A stretch of DNA of 64,000 bases from Picochlorum sp. SENEW3 (Eukaryota): contig CP120463.1 of NCBI GenBank assembly GCA_034226945.1, positions 372,001-436,000 on the forward strand. The letters run 5' to 3'. Both the position numbers and the translations under genes were made by a program. Position 1 is the stretch's first letter. The number at the start of each line of letters is the position of its first letter. This document shows positions 20,234-31,227 of the stretch, piece after piece. The notes below the pieces were generated by a model, which had not been told where the DNA came from, made no database searches, and was given only the letters and a program-made list of their open reading frames with translations.

Positions 20234-21277
20234 ATGCAGGAGAAAGCGGCGATAACACGTGCTCATCATGGAAGCATCTTTGTCTTGAACCGAGGTATTC
20301 AGATGACCCTGCTCATGTTGTTAGCTCTTGGATCCTCTAATGCCCAATATATTGACTGTAATGCATGCAATTATGATTGTGTGGACAAGCTTCTTGCTCT
20401 CGATGCCAGCTGTCCTGCAAAGTATGCAAGTTGTTGGGCTGCCTCTGACATTGTATCATTATACAAGGAATATGTGGAGTCAAATTGCGCGAATGACCCT
20501 GTGAGGCTCGACAAGAGAGATTTGATTGATGCTGCAATCAAACTTCTAGATCAGAGTGGAATCGTCAGTCAGAATGAGTTTGATGGGGTGGTAATTCGGT
20601 TTTGTGGTGTGCTTGAGACAGTTACCGTTGGGGATATTCTTTTTGGTCTTGATGGGGTTCTTGCTGACCTGGGTATCGATGTTTCTGTCGGATTAGAAAA
20701 AAAAATAGATGCTGCCGCAGGTTTTGTGCCGAACGCTGGTAAAATCCTTCTAGCATCATCAACGAGGGATGATCAACCAAAAGACATGTCCAGATTATTG
20801 GCCCATGAGATTGTTCACATAAAGCAATACAGAGATCTTGGTCTCGGGACGTTCCGGTGCGAATATCTCCAGAATCTAGCTCAGTGGGGATTTGGAGCTT
20901 CGGATCCTAGGAATATGCACCTTCTTGAAAACCCAGCCTTTGCTGCAGGGGCAAAGGCGTTCCAGGATCTGAGCAGCTATCACATTAATCTGCTGTCAAC
21001 ATGCTCTCTTGGGTCTGGTGCTGCTCCCTGTGCCCAAGGATTGTCGATTCAACAAGCTATAAATGCTGCAGATGGGTGCGCCAAGACACCTATTCCATCT
21101 TTTGAGGTCGAAACAGGAGTTACAGCAGCAACTGTGTGCAGCTCAGCAGCAAATCTTCAGGACTGCCGGGCAAAGGTTAATGCATTGAATAATTTCGTGG
21201 GACCAAAGGCTGTTGCTCTAGGTAAACAGGCAGGCAAATGCAAAGCTTTGTATGATTATCTCCAAAAACTGATGTAA
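20234..21277 (+). CDS. Secreted Cys-containing protein with HExxH (DUF4157-like zincin) motif
   Basis: Signal-like MTLLMLLALGSSNA; LLAHEIVHIKQYRDLGLGTFRCEY...LLENPAF resembles DUF4157 (HE..H..QY...LE.EA); Cys-rich flanks. Intronless. Confidence 0.65.
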   Translation: MQEKAAITRAHHGSIFVLNRGIQMTLLMLLALGSSNAQYIDCNACNYDCVDKLLALDASCPAKYASCWAASDIVSLYKEYVESNCANDPVRLDKRDLIDAAIKLLDQSGIVSQNEFDGVVIRFCGVLETVTVGDILFGLDGVLADLGIDVSVGLEKKIDAAAGFVPNAGKILLASSTRDDQPKDMSRLLAHEIVHIKQYRDLGLGTFRCEYLQNLAQWGFGASDPRNMHLLENPAFAAGAKAFQDLSSYHINLLSTCSLGSGAAPCAQGLSIQQAINAADGCAKTPIPSFEVETGVTAATVCSSAANLQDCRAKVNALNNFVGPKAVALGKQAGKCKALYDYLQKLM

Positions 21278-21437
21278 TATCACTGACTCGATCACGATCT
21301 TAATTACAGGACTTAAACTAATTCCAAGTACTTGGCATACCAGGATTCCATTGATCATCGTCAGATGACACTGCACCACCATCTGTTACACATTCTGCCC
21401 TCTTCCATCTCCCATGGTACTTTTGAAATACCAAGTA

Positions 21438-24400
21438 ATGATATTTTCAACGTATGATCACCCAAGGATAGGATATGGCCGCAGTGCCATCAGAGGACAT
21501 GTGCAGTTAGGTCTTCTGACTCGGCAGTCACGGCTGAGCCCAGTATCCATACCAGGGGTTTTTGATAGACGATATCGAACGAATGATTCATATGTACACC
21601 GTACGTGCGCTGATTTGTCCGAAATTGCCCTTGAATTGGTCAGCTATCGTCGTTACGATGTCGTTCCGACATGTGGGGTGTGTTTCCTCTTGTCTTGCGG
21701 GAAAGCTTGCCCAGCATTGCCTCGTGATCATATTTGGCACAAATAGCCACACATGATACTGATGGATATTCTGCTGGATACAGGAAATGCGATTTTGAAG
21801 CGATCGGTGCGGAGAATCCGGGCATCAGCGCCCGCTGCTGCTGAGCAGGAGGTCTTATCCATGGTCTCCGAAGAATCTGTGGGCATTAATCTTCAGGCTT
21901 TGACCGATGGTGACACGTACACTGTCATTATACAAGCTTCAGATTCGTCTAGAACTGATTTACGGGTGCATTGGGCGATGAATGATTGGGAGTTGGTGCC
22001 TGAGGAGTTCAGACCAGATGGGACGGTGCAAGTGGATGACCTTGCTGTGCAAACACCACTCGATCCGGATGGTCGGGTTATCATTCATTTTCCATCCGCC
22101 TCATGCCCTTCTAAGATTGTGTTTGTTTTAAAGGAAGGAGAGAAATGGATCAGTAACGGAGCTGGTGATTTTGTAGTGTATTTGAAGCCACCTGGTGTCG
22201 AGGAGATTATAGCAAAGGTGTTTGCTGCGGAGACTGAGTACGAACGATGGTCTCTGTTTGATCGAGTAAATCTTGCAACGTCTCTAGTAGATGCAGCCAT
22301 TGCTGCTGGTCCACGTGGGATGGGTTTCATTTTCACATGGTTGCGGTTGTCGTCCATGAAGGTACTGCCATGGTATAAAGGGTCAAATTACCAGTCAAAG
22401 GACGCTGCTCACGCTCAGAAAGTGTTGGCACAGAAGATGGCGAATTTGTGCTGTAATGCGCCAGATCCTCTCTCGCGCCATTTCGCACGCCTGTCTCTGG
22501 CGACGCTGCCACGTGGAGGAGGCAATGGGGATGATATTCGGATGGGGATTCTGCACATTATGAGACAGCATGGCATTCGCGAGGGGCATCGACCAGGAAT
22601 AGAGGATGCGTTTCTCGAGTCATGGCATCAAAAGCTTCATACAAACACAACGCCGGAAGATGTGACGATTTGTGAGGCGTATTTGGCATTTTTGCATACA
22701 GGAGACATGGGGGAGTTTTGGAGGGTGGCATGGGAAAATGGCAGAATCACTCCAGAATACCTGTCGCAGATGGATCATCCTATTAATCCCAACCCATTCC
22801 ATTTACCACAATTGATAGATTCTATGAAACATTATCTATGGATATTGAAAACGACACATGCGGGCGCCGATCTGGATGTTGCATATGAAATGGTCAGGGG
22901 CAACCTGGATGGGGAACTCTCTTGGATGATTGGTGACCTCTTGTCTAATAGAGATGCCTGGTGGGCTCCAGGAAAGATTGTTGAAATACGTCAACGTCTA
23001 TCAGGGTATTGGAAAGGTACTCCAGGGTGCTCTCGAGATATTCTTTTGCTCGATATTGCCCTGGACTCGTATTTTAGAGTACTTGTTGAACGAATGGATA
23101 AAGCCAGTCTCTCTGCTGACGATTTGATCAATATCGTGAGTATGGTTCTCTCAAACGCAACCATATCGTGTGAAAGTGACGTATTACAAAATGCGCATGC
23201 TTTTTGGAGGCGAGTATTTGATGAATCTCCTCGATGGTCTGGATGTTCATGGGCACGACAGGCACTTGCAGCAGCAGACACTCTCATGGTCAGCCTGGAG
23301 GATTATGCAGATTCAATCACCACACACGTGCAACCGTATGCAGACAGTTTTGGAAAAAAATGCTCTATAGAAGAGAATTATATTCTGAATTTCTCCGAGG
23401 AAGTTGTTCGTGGACAGAGCCTTGCGGTGCTAGGCCCCATGTTGCAGCACGTGTCGGGCCACATTCGACAGGATGCAGACATGGGATCCTGGGAGATTGT
23501 GAGTTCAGGCATAGCTGGATCACGAGTTGGTAAACTACAATGTTTGGATAACCTCGATTCCATCCAAGGAGCAACGATTGAAGAGCCAACAATATTTGTG
23601 GTTGATAAACTCACAGGGAATGAGGATATTCCAGAGAATGTGGAATGCATTATAACAGGCCAAGCAACAGACGTCCTCTCTCATATCGCCATTCGAGCAA
23701 GAGCTCAGTCTGTATTGCTAGCAACATGCTTTGATGCATCGACTCTGGAAGCCATCAAAGGCTTGGCAGAGGAAACAGAGCATGTGCAGGCATCTGTTGA
23801 TGGCACTGGCACAGTCCTCGTCTCACCTGCAGAAGTAGGCACGGCACAGTCTTCATCAGGAGGAGATTCTTCTGCGACAACAACAATGAAGACCTTCAAG
23901 GCAACCATCACACCATCCTCGACGTGGTCTCTGGAGCAGCCATCCTTTGCAGAAAATACAGTAGGGGGTAAAGCATTAAACCTCCACACGCTCTTCAACA
24001 TTCCATCCATACGCATCCCCAAAAGCCTGGCGATTCCGTATGGAACATTTGAAAAAGTTTTAGAGGATTCCTCCAACACGCACATTCGACAGAAGATTGA
24101 GACTCTCACATCGCAGCTGGCACACGCAAAACCTGGGGCAGGAATCCCTCCAGAACTGGCAGAACTCAGGCAGATCATTTCAGACGATCTTCATGTCCCA
24201 GAGGACATGTTCAAAGAAGTATCTAAAAGGATAGAAGAGATGCATGAATCTCAATTGACTATTTCATCACCATCCAGCCCTGAATGGTCATCCATCTGGA
24301 AAGGCATCTGCCATGTCTGGGCCTCTGTCTGGAATGACAGAGCATGGTTGAGCCGTCAAGCCATGAACATCCCAGACGATGCACTATACATGTCTGTATT

Positions 24401-24938
24401 ACTTCAAGAGCTTATTCCTGCCCAATATTCTTTTGTGCTGCACACATCAGATCCAATCACAGGCGCACCAGGCTGTGTTCATGGTGAACTTGTCCTCGGC
24501 ATGGGAGAAGCTCTGGTTGGAAATTTCCCTGGCAGGGCACTCAGTTTCGCTCAGAATGATGCATCTATTGATATCACGACATATCCATCCAAAACCCACG
24601 CGCTGTACTGCGACAGAGAAGATACGGGCGGAATGATGCTTCTTATGGCCCGCTCTGATTCAAACGGAGAGGACTTGCAAGAATTTGCTGGAGCGGGATT
24701 ATACAGCTCAGTCCCAATCCCCATCACAGGATACACATCCAAATCAGTATCATACGCAGATGAGCAAATCATTTGGAATGACGACTACAGACAGTCGGTG
24801 ATAGAGTCCCTCATCACGAGTGCTCAGGACATTGAGGCAGCATGCGGCTCTCCCCAAGACATTGAGGGAGTCATTGACCAAACAGGAAGAGTGCACATTG
24901 TACAAACCCGGCCCCAAATCATCCACCATCATGAATGA
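21438..24938 (+). CDS. GWD: Alpha-glucan, water dikinase; exons ~21438-21600 and 21784-24938
   Basis: WHQKLHTNTTPEDV, phosphohistidine motif DVLSHIAIRAR, RSDSNGEDLQEFAGAGLY and QDIEG...VQTRPQ; CBM45-like VHWA..W region. The GTACGT...ATACAG intron (21601-21783) joins a transit-peptide-like exon in frame (alternative start ATG 21414). Confidence 0.93.
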
Positions 24939-25173
24939 TATGCAAGATCATGTCAAGATTCGTATATATAGTAGAATGAGTTCGATCCCAACTGTAAAAA
25001 GCACGCTTTCCTTACTTTCTCCTAGCAGCAGCAGCAGCATGGGAGGGGCGATCACCACCTGATGATGCCCGCTGCTCTCTTGTCAGCACCCATTTTGAAA
25101 ACGTACTTGTAGTAACCAACTAATCCATCGCCAGGACATCCCGCATGATTGCTTGCTATATATTTTTGATGAC

Positions 25174-25425
25174 ATGACATCATCCGAAAACGCAGAACTC
25201 GAGTCCTCTAAAAGAGAGATGAACAACGCAGTGTTTAAAAGAGATTACAACAAAGCCAATTACATGCAATTGTGGCCAATCGCCCTCGCTCCGGCAATCC
25301 CATTGGCAGGAATAGCATTAAAAAATCACCCTGTAGCTAGAAACTGGGTTATTGGTGGCATCGCAGTCTCCGTCTTATTCTATGCACATGGGGCAGCTCT
25401 GGGAGGAAGTTCATCCGTGACGTGA
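25174..25425 (+). CDS. Small hypothetical membrane protein
   Basis: 83-aa ORF with two hydrophobic segments (LWPIALAPAIPLAGIAL; WVIGGIAVSVLFYAHG) filling a gene-sized gap. Confidence 0.6.
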   Translation: MTSSENAELESSKREMNNAVFKRDYNKANYMQLWPIALAPAIPLAGIALKNHPVARNWVIGGIAVSVLFYAHGAALGGSSSVT

Positions 25426-25783
25426 ACCACAACCCTATGCATCATTCTTGCACTGGGGAAGATTTTCTATTTCACAAATAAGAAACAGTGGCGCCCAAAT
25501 CCCGAAGTACTTTGGGTTCATATCTTTGGTTGAGATGTCTTCATGCATGCAACACCCCTTTTAACGCCAGTCTATTCGTCTTAAAACAATGTAACATTGC
25601 CTATATGCATTATCCTGTATGGAAATAGGAAAAGGAGAACGAGTGAAGAGGAACATGTGTCTTATGCTGGGCTCCATGCCATGGTACCATTGATGTCGGG
25701 ATACACCGCCGAGATATTGCTTGCAGGGGCATGTATATGATATTGAAACCTTTGATATACCAGTATAGGAAGGGTGAGCGAGT

Positions 25784-27217
25784 ATGGAGACTGTGAATCG
25801 CTTGAGAGTTGAATTGGCTGAAGAGGTCAAGGGCCTGCCGTATGAGTTGCAGTCGTTATTTCCCGATCTGGGGACTGATTTTCTTTATCATACATTTCAT
25901 GATGTATTGGAGACGGATTTGAATGCGGATGGAGCGAGGAAAGAGGATATCAATTGTCTTGCTGGGACTGAGGAGAATGGTCGACATGAAGAAGAGATCA
26001 GGGGGAATGCTGAGGGTGTCGTATTGACGACGGAGGATATTGAGAGATCGAAAAAGGATATTTCTGCTGTTAGGGAATGGTCCAAGGGAGTTGAGAGGGA
26101 GGTGTTGCGTGAGGGTATGGATGGTGGATATTGTACTGATTTGGTCAGGTGCATTCTTTGTGGGCAGGTGGTTGAGAAGGGGCGTGAACGATTTCATAAG
26201 AGATATTGTGTTCGTCAGAAGATGAAGCAGGATTTTATTCAACAGAGGAAGGAGCGTGCGAATGTGCATAGGGGGAGCAATAGTTCATCTAGCAGTAGTT
26301 CATCCAGCAGCAGTAGCAGCAGCAGCAGTAGTAGCAGCAGTAGTAGTAGTGACGACGAGGATAGTCTTGTCGATCAGAGATCGAAAAAGGTCATGTCTAA
26401 TATAGCCCCGATTGCAATTAAGAAGAAAAAGGTGGGTGCTGAGAAGAAGATGGAGGATGTGGCAGAGGGGGCACTTAGCCCTGTTCTTAGAGCTGCTTCT
26501 GCAGCTCGGCAGGGGCGTTCTCCAGGAATACGAAAACGACGATCCGATCATATTGGTCTACCTGGGATGCAGGCAATGCCGAAACGAGTACCTGATGTGG
26601 TGACGGTAGCTGTTCCACAGCAGCAGCAGCCGCAACACGATATTCTTCAGCGAGCCTCTGAGATTTTGCAGCAAAGGCACAGCATGCCTCAAGGGTATTA
26701 TCATCCGTATCAAATGCTTAGATCACAGCATCCTATGCATCCTATGCATCATATGTCAGGTCAGTATGGGGGATCCTTTCCTGGCGGCAATATTCCTGGC
26801 GGCATGGGGGTGGAACAGCAACGGATACTGGATGCTGAGAGAATGAGGTCACAGATACAGATGTTGCAGCAGCAGCAATATCAGCAAATGGCCATGTTTG
26901 GAAGATCATTTCCTCGCGCTCAAGGCATGTTTGGGGGGATGCAGGCGCCAATCCCTACATCATCAGCAGCCCATGGTGTACCAGAGTTGATCCGGCCTGT
27001 GTTTCATCATCAAGCCATGCCGTATCCAAACATGATGCCAGTGTCAAACGGGGTTCCATTCGAAGCAACCGGGATTCCGGCAAATATCATACGACAACAA
27101 GATTTTTCTGGGGATCCACCGTCATCATCATCATCGCAGGGGGCTCTTCCTCAGCAGCATGGAGGTACACCCAACAATACTATGAATTTTAGTCGTCGTG
27201 ATTTTAAAAAGCAGTAA
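25784..27217 (+). CDS. Hypothetical nuclear protein with a C2HC-type zinc-finger-like motif, poly-Ser and a Q/M/P-rich tail
   Basis: LVRCILCGQVVEKGRERFHKRYC motif, basic KKKK patch and low-complexity C-terminus; 477-aa open frame. Confidence 0.65.
   Translation: METVNRLRVELAEEVKGLPYELQSLFPDLGTDFLYHTFHDVLETDLNADGARKEDINCLAGTEENGRHEEEIRGNAEGVVLTTEDIERSKKDISAVREWSKGVEREVLREGMDGGYCTDLVRCILCGQVVEKGRERFHKRYCVRQKMKQDFIQQRKERANVHRGSNSSSSSSSSSSSSSSSSSSSSSSSDDEDSLVDQRSKKVMSNIAPIAIKKKKVGAEKKMEDVAEGALSPVLRAASAARQGRSPGIRKRRSDHIGLPGMQAMPKRVPDVVTVAVPQQQQPQHDILQRASEILQQRHSMPQGYYHPYQMLRSQHPMHPMHHMSGQYGGSFPGGNIPGGMGVEQQRILDAERMRSQIQMLQQQQYQQMAMFGRSFPRAQGMFGGMQAPIPTSSAAHGVPELIRPVFHHQAMPYPNMMPVSNGVPFEATGIPANIIRQQDFSGDPPSSSSSQGALPQQHGGTPNNTMNFSRRDFKKQ
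26281..26350 (+). repeat. Coding (AGC/AGT)n microsatellite encoding poly-serine
   Basis: Run of agc/agt/tca/tcc codons encoding more than 20 consecutive Ser. Confidence 0.9.
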
Positions 27218-27221
27218 ATGT

Positions 27222-30200
27222 TTACATTGTATTCTTGGCACTTTTTCCAACACGAGTCAAATTTTTAAAAGTACGAGAAAGACCTTGGGCCATTGGCTTT
27301 TTGGGCAATGCATCCTCTAAAGGCTTTGCACTGCTGTTCATGTATGTAGGAGCTGGGCTTGCTGATGCACCCTTCCTGAGAGAGGCTTGTGTGGCCTTGA
27401 GTCGATTTTTGAAATCGCGATGCCATGTTTTATATCGGACAAGAAGCCTTTTAATCTCATAATCAGGGTCCATGTTAGGTGCCAATGACACTCCTTCGTG
27501 TACTTCCCGAATGAATGCTGCGTCATCATTGAAGAGGGGTCCCTTTTTTGAAAGTTCTGCATTGAGTGCTGCCACAGCACCTTGCGGTCCTGCCCTTCCG
27601 AATGACAATTCCTGTTTCGCGGACTGCAAATTTGATCCATTATCTGTTTCTGTATCACTATATGACATGATTGACACCGATTCCTGGCTTCTTGGTGAAT
27701 CCATATCTGATGCATTGGCAGTAATGGCAACAACTCTGGCATGCTTCTTGGCACTCAACTGCTTTGCTTGCTGGTCAATCAGGATATTATTTTCATCTTT
27801 CAACTCTTCAAGTTCCTTCTGTAATTCAACATTAATCCTTTGAAGCTCTTGTAATGCAGAGTCAGGCTCTCTGGGCTGGGCTACGATTAATACTCCAGAT
27901 GTGTACTTTTGTAGGATGTCACGCATCTCATCCAAACTCATATTAAATTCGGCACCTAGATCAGCGATCCTTGCATCTTGACGTTCTTCTTCTTGAATCT
28001 TTTGTTCCAGCATCTGTTTTTCGTGCTGTTGTCGCTCTTCCTCGGCGTTAAAGGCTGCAATCCTTTCTGTAATTTTTGACCTGAGAAGAGTTTGTCTCCA
28101 CCAAATTTGGAGGCATCTCGCAGCACGCAGCTTTTCCTGAAATTCCCCACGCATCTTATGTGCCTTGTACACAGATTGTATATTGCATGCAGCGACATGA
28201 CGCTTTTTCAGCTCGATGAATGCTAGCTGGGCCTCGTGTGCCCTCCAGCATGCTTGAATATTGATGGATGCCTGTCTCATGTGCAGGAATGGTTGCCTGC
28301 ATTGATACATCCTTGTCACAGACTGAATCGTCAAGCATGCATCCGTGGCGCGAAGAACATGATCTTCCAAATGCCCAAGGACCCCAGCCCTGAAGAACAA
28401 CTTGGTCTTTCCAATCTGAAACTGGGATTGATCAATGCCAAAGTGATCCAGCAGAGCAGTGCAGATATCCAAAGGCTTCATCGACTCTCGCTCACGAGCA
28501 CTTACTGGAAGGAATGTCTTGTATCGCTCAGCAAAGTCATTATGAGTGTAACGGGTGGGATACCCTGCTCGGGCAATCCTTGCAACCTCGATAATGCCAC
28601 AACATTTGAGTTGGTGCAAAACGAGGCTCTGATCAAAGCACTCTGGCTTTTGCATGGCATTGGGCTTGATACACCTCACAAAGTGCAACTGAGACTGATC
28701 TATCCGTTCGAGCAACACTTTCAGCTGTTCTCTGAAACGTGAACCAACTGATGCACTCCTGCCTCCCTTTGGAGCACCGACACCCATGTGACCAGACAGC
28801 ATGGAGACAAATCTTGATTCAGAACTCTGAACCAAATTCATCAAATCAGGATTCAACGTGTCCCTGTTTTTATCCAAAAAGTGCTGTGACGAATACGAAA
28901 CTGGTCCAGCATAGTGATGGATTGTAAATGCGTCGCCTGGCTTGTTGGCATTGAAACTAAACTTGCCATGCCCCGAATGAGTCTTGCACACCTTTTCAGA
29001 GAATGATGCATCCGTTCCCTTTGGGAACAAGCACTCCTCATCCAGCAATGTCAATAACCCAAGTCCTTGCGGCGGCTTGCTTTCAATCAAATCAACGCAA
29101 GCTTGGTTGTCCTCAAACTCCACATACTTCCAATCCACCCCTTCCTCTTCATACATGGCTTGTTCCAGCTTGAAGAGATGAGCTGCAAACTGCTGCTGCA
29201 AACGTTCATTCGCATAATTGATACAAAGCTGCTCGAATGAATTTTCTTTGAAGCATTCAAATCCATATATATCAAGAAGCGACAGTTTCGACACAGCAGA
29301 CTGCCCATCTTTCCCTCGAAGTGCATCATTCACCAAATGTATCAAGTCTCTGAATTGTGCCTCATACAGGAATTTCGCCAAAGCATCCCTCACATCTTGA
29401 GCAGTTTCAATATTCAGCTCTTTCATGATGACATCACCACCAACACACATTTTCCGGGTCGACAAGGCTCCCGCCAAACATGCCTTGGACACACCAAGCA
29501 ACATGGCAGTGTGCTCGAGTGCCTCCTCATCCACAACAGACACTGAATCATCTGTCAAGGCCTCAAATCGAACATTCCCGAGCCACAATATTGCAGATAA
29601 TGTTTGCCAGAATCCCATTTGCTTCTCCTCTCCAATCCCAATATCAGCCATGGCATCACACACGAGATGAAAGTTGCCAGCATCATCAACCTTGTCAATC
29701 ACATCACATCCACTCTTGTTCAAATACGAAAATACAGACGCAGGATTGTCAGGTATTTTGCATGCATCTTTAATCTCTTGAGAAGCACCTCGAATCAGCT
29801 GATAGAAAATATGATAGTTCCTTTCACCCTTCAATTGATGCACCACACGCGACTTTTCCAACAGGTATGTCTCAATAGAAGCCCCACAGATCCTATACGA
29901 TTCGTCAAAGTGGATATCAATCAGCTTTCCAAATCGACTACTATTGTTATTATGAAGGGTCTTTGCATTTCCAAACGCCTCCAAGATTGGATTCGTCTCC
30001 AAAACCCGATGCTCCATGCCCAACCCTCCAGCTAGCCCTGCAACATACTTCATCACAAACTTGGTCGTCTCTGTCTTCCCCGCACCACTCTCTCCCGTGA
30101 TCAAAATACTCTGATTCATGCCAGAAATCTTCATTTCTTTAAACGCTTTATCCGCTGTCAGAAAAATATGAGCAACGTATTCGTCACTGTCCGCATGATG

Positions 30201-30644
30201 CCCCATGGCTGGCCTCTTGACATACTTGTTCACCTGCTCCTTGGAATACAACGCATCCACATCTCTGAAAGGATTCACCGCCACCAACACCGGACCAGCA
30301 TGTGTGTACAGCATAGAATCGTCATATCTCTCGTTTAGCACGTGCAAAATACCTGGCTCATTCAAGAATGACAGCTCTGTCAAGTCATCCACCTTTTCCA
30401 TCACCCCTGGGTTTGCAGGCTCAACAACAGCCACCTCCACAACCTGCCCGTCATCACAACACACCCGAGTACATCCAGTCGACGGATCATAGTCCTCTGC
30501 AAGGCTACCTTGCCGCCATTCACCATCACTACCCTGCTGCCTACCAAGACTCTTCCGCGTGGCCAAAACTCCTGCCCCGTCCCCAGAGACTGGCGTGTGA
30601 GCAGTATTCCACCACACGCGCATACCCTTTTTCATCGTATCCAT
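27222..30644 (-). CDS. Myosin class VIII
   Basis: GESGAGKTE P-loop, LEAFGNAKTLHNNNSSRFGK, DIYGFE, IQ motifs, coiled coil, and the class VIII tail MDPDYEIKRL...TWHRDFKNRLK. Confidence 0.93.
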   Translation of the reverse strand: MDTMKKGMRVWWNTAHTPVSGDGAGVLATRKSLGRQQGSDGEWRQGSLAEDYDPSTGCTRVCCDDGQVVEVAVVEPANPGVMEKVDDLTELSFLNEPGILHVLNERYDDSMLYTHAGPVLVAVNPFRDVDALYSKEQVNKYVKRPAMGHHADSDEYVAHIFLTADKAFKEMKISGMNQSILITGESGAGKTETTKFVMKYVAGLAGGLGMEHRVLETNPILEAFGNAKTLHNNNSSRFGKLIDIHFDESYRICGASIETYLLEKSRVVHQLKGERNYHIFYQLIRGASQEIKDACKIPDNPASVFSYLNKSGCDVIDKVDDAGNFHLVCDAMADIGIGEEKQMGFWQTLSAILWLGNVRFEALTDDSVSVVDEEALEHTAMLLGVSKACLAGALSTRKMCVGGDVIMKELNIETAQDVRDALAKFLYEAQFRDLIHLVNDALRGKDGQSAVSKLSLLDIYGFECFKENSFEQLCINYANERLQQQFAAHLFKLEQAMYEEEGVDWKYVEFEDNQACVDLIESKPPQGLGLLTLLDEECLFPKGTDASFSEKVCKTHSGHGKFSFNANKPGDAFTIHHYAGPVSYSSQHFLDKNRDTLNPDLMNLVQSSESRFVSMLSGHMGVGAPKGGRSASVGSRFREQLKVLLERIDQSQLHFVRCIKPNAMQKPECFDQSLVLHQLKCCGIIEVARIARAGYPTRYTHNDFAERYKTFLPVSARERESMKPLDICTALLDHFGIDQSQFQIGKTKLFFRAGVLGHLEDHVLRATDACLTIQSVTRMYQCRQPFLHMRQASINIQACWRAHEAQLAFIELKKRHVAACNIQSVYKAHKMRGEFQEKLRAARCLQIWWRQTLLRSKITERIAAFNAEEERQQHEKQMLEQKIQEEERQDARIADLGAEFNMSLDEMRDILQKYTSGVLIVAQPREPDSALQELQRINVELQKELEELKDENNILIDQQAKQLSAKKHARVVAITANASDMDSPRSQESVSIMSYSDTETDNGSNLQSAKQELSFGRAGPQGAVAALNAELSKKGPLFNDDAAFIREVHEGVSLAPNMDPDYEIKRLLVRYKTWHRDFKNRLKATQASLRKGASASPAPTYMNSSAKPLEDALPKKPMAQGLSRTFKNLTRVGKSAKNTM

Positions 30645-31227
30645 GCTTTTATTGAATTAATTATATAGTATACTGCAGAGATCGAGTTGCTTCTGTGGTA
30701 TCAAGGGTCGTGACGACGCAAATCTCAACCGACACTCGCCCTTGCCAACGACGTCTCTTACTGTCTATCCGTCTGTATTCACCACATATAGTTGTATAAA
30801 CAAATAGTATGTGCGATTGCCGAGAGGGCAGGGGTGGAAATCAACGGATGTGAGCCATATGCCATGCCTCATGCTACCAACCGTTGAACGACTCCCGAAT
30901 CTCTGTCCCATGCGTCGTCGTCCTCAACGTTGAGGGGAACATTTGCTTTAAACTTTTAATCAAGGAGAATGTGGGTGGGTGACAGTGCTTTGAGAGGTAC
31001 ATCACTCTGGAGAAGGCATATGCTCGTATAAAAATACATATTTGTGACCTTGTAGTTCAGTATTGGTCGCAGAATGCTGTGTGTGATGGCAGGCTATGAG
31101 ATTGATTGCATGCTGCATTCATGACAAGGAATCGTCTTCTCCATTGTGGCGTATAGTCTCAGATATATCCATCATAGTTTATATTAGCCCATTTATTTAG
31201 AGAATAGCATCGTCATTGTGATTATTA

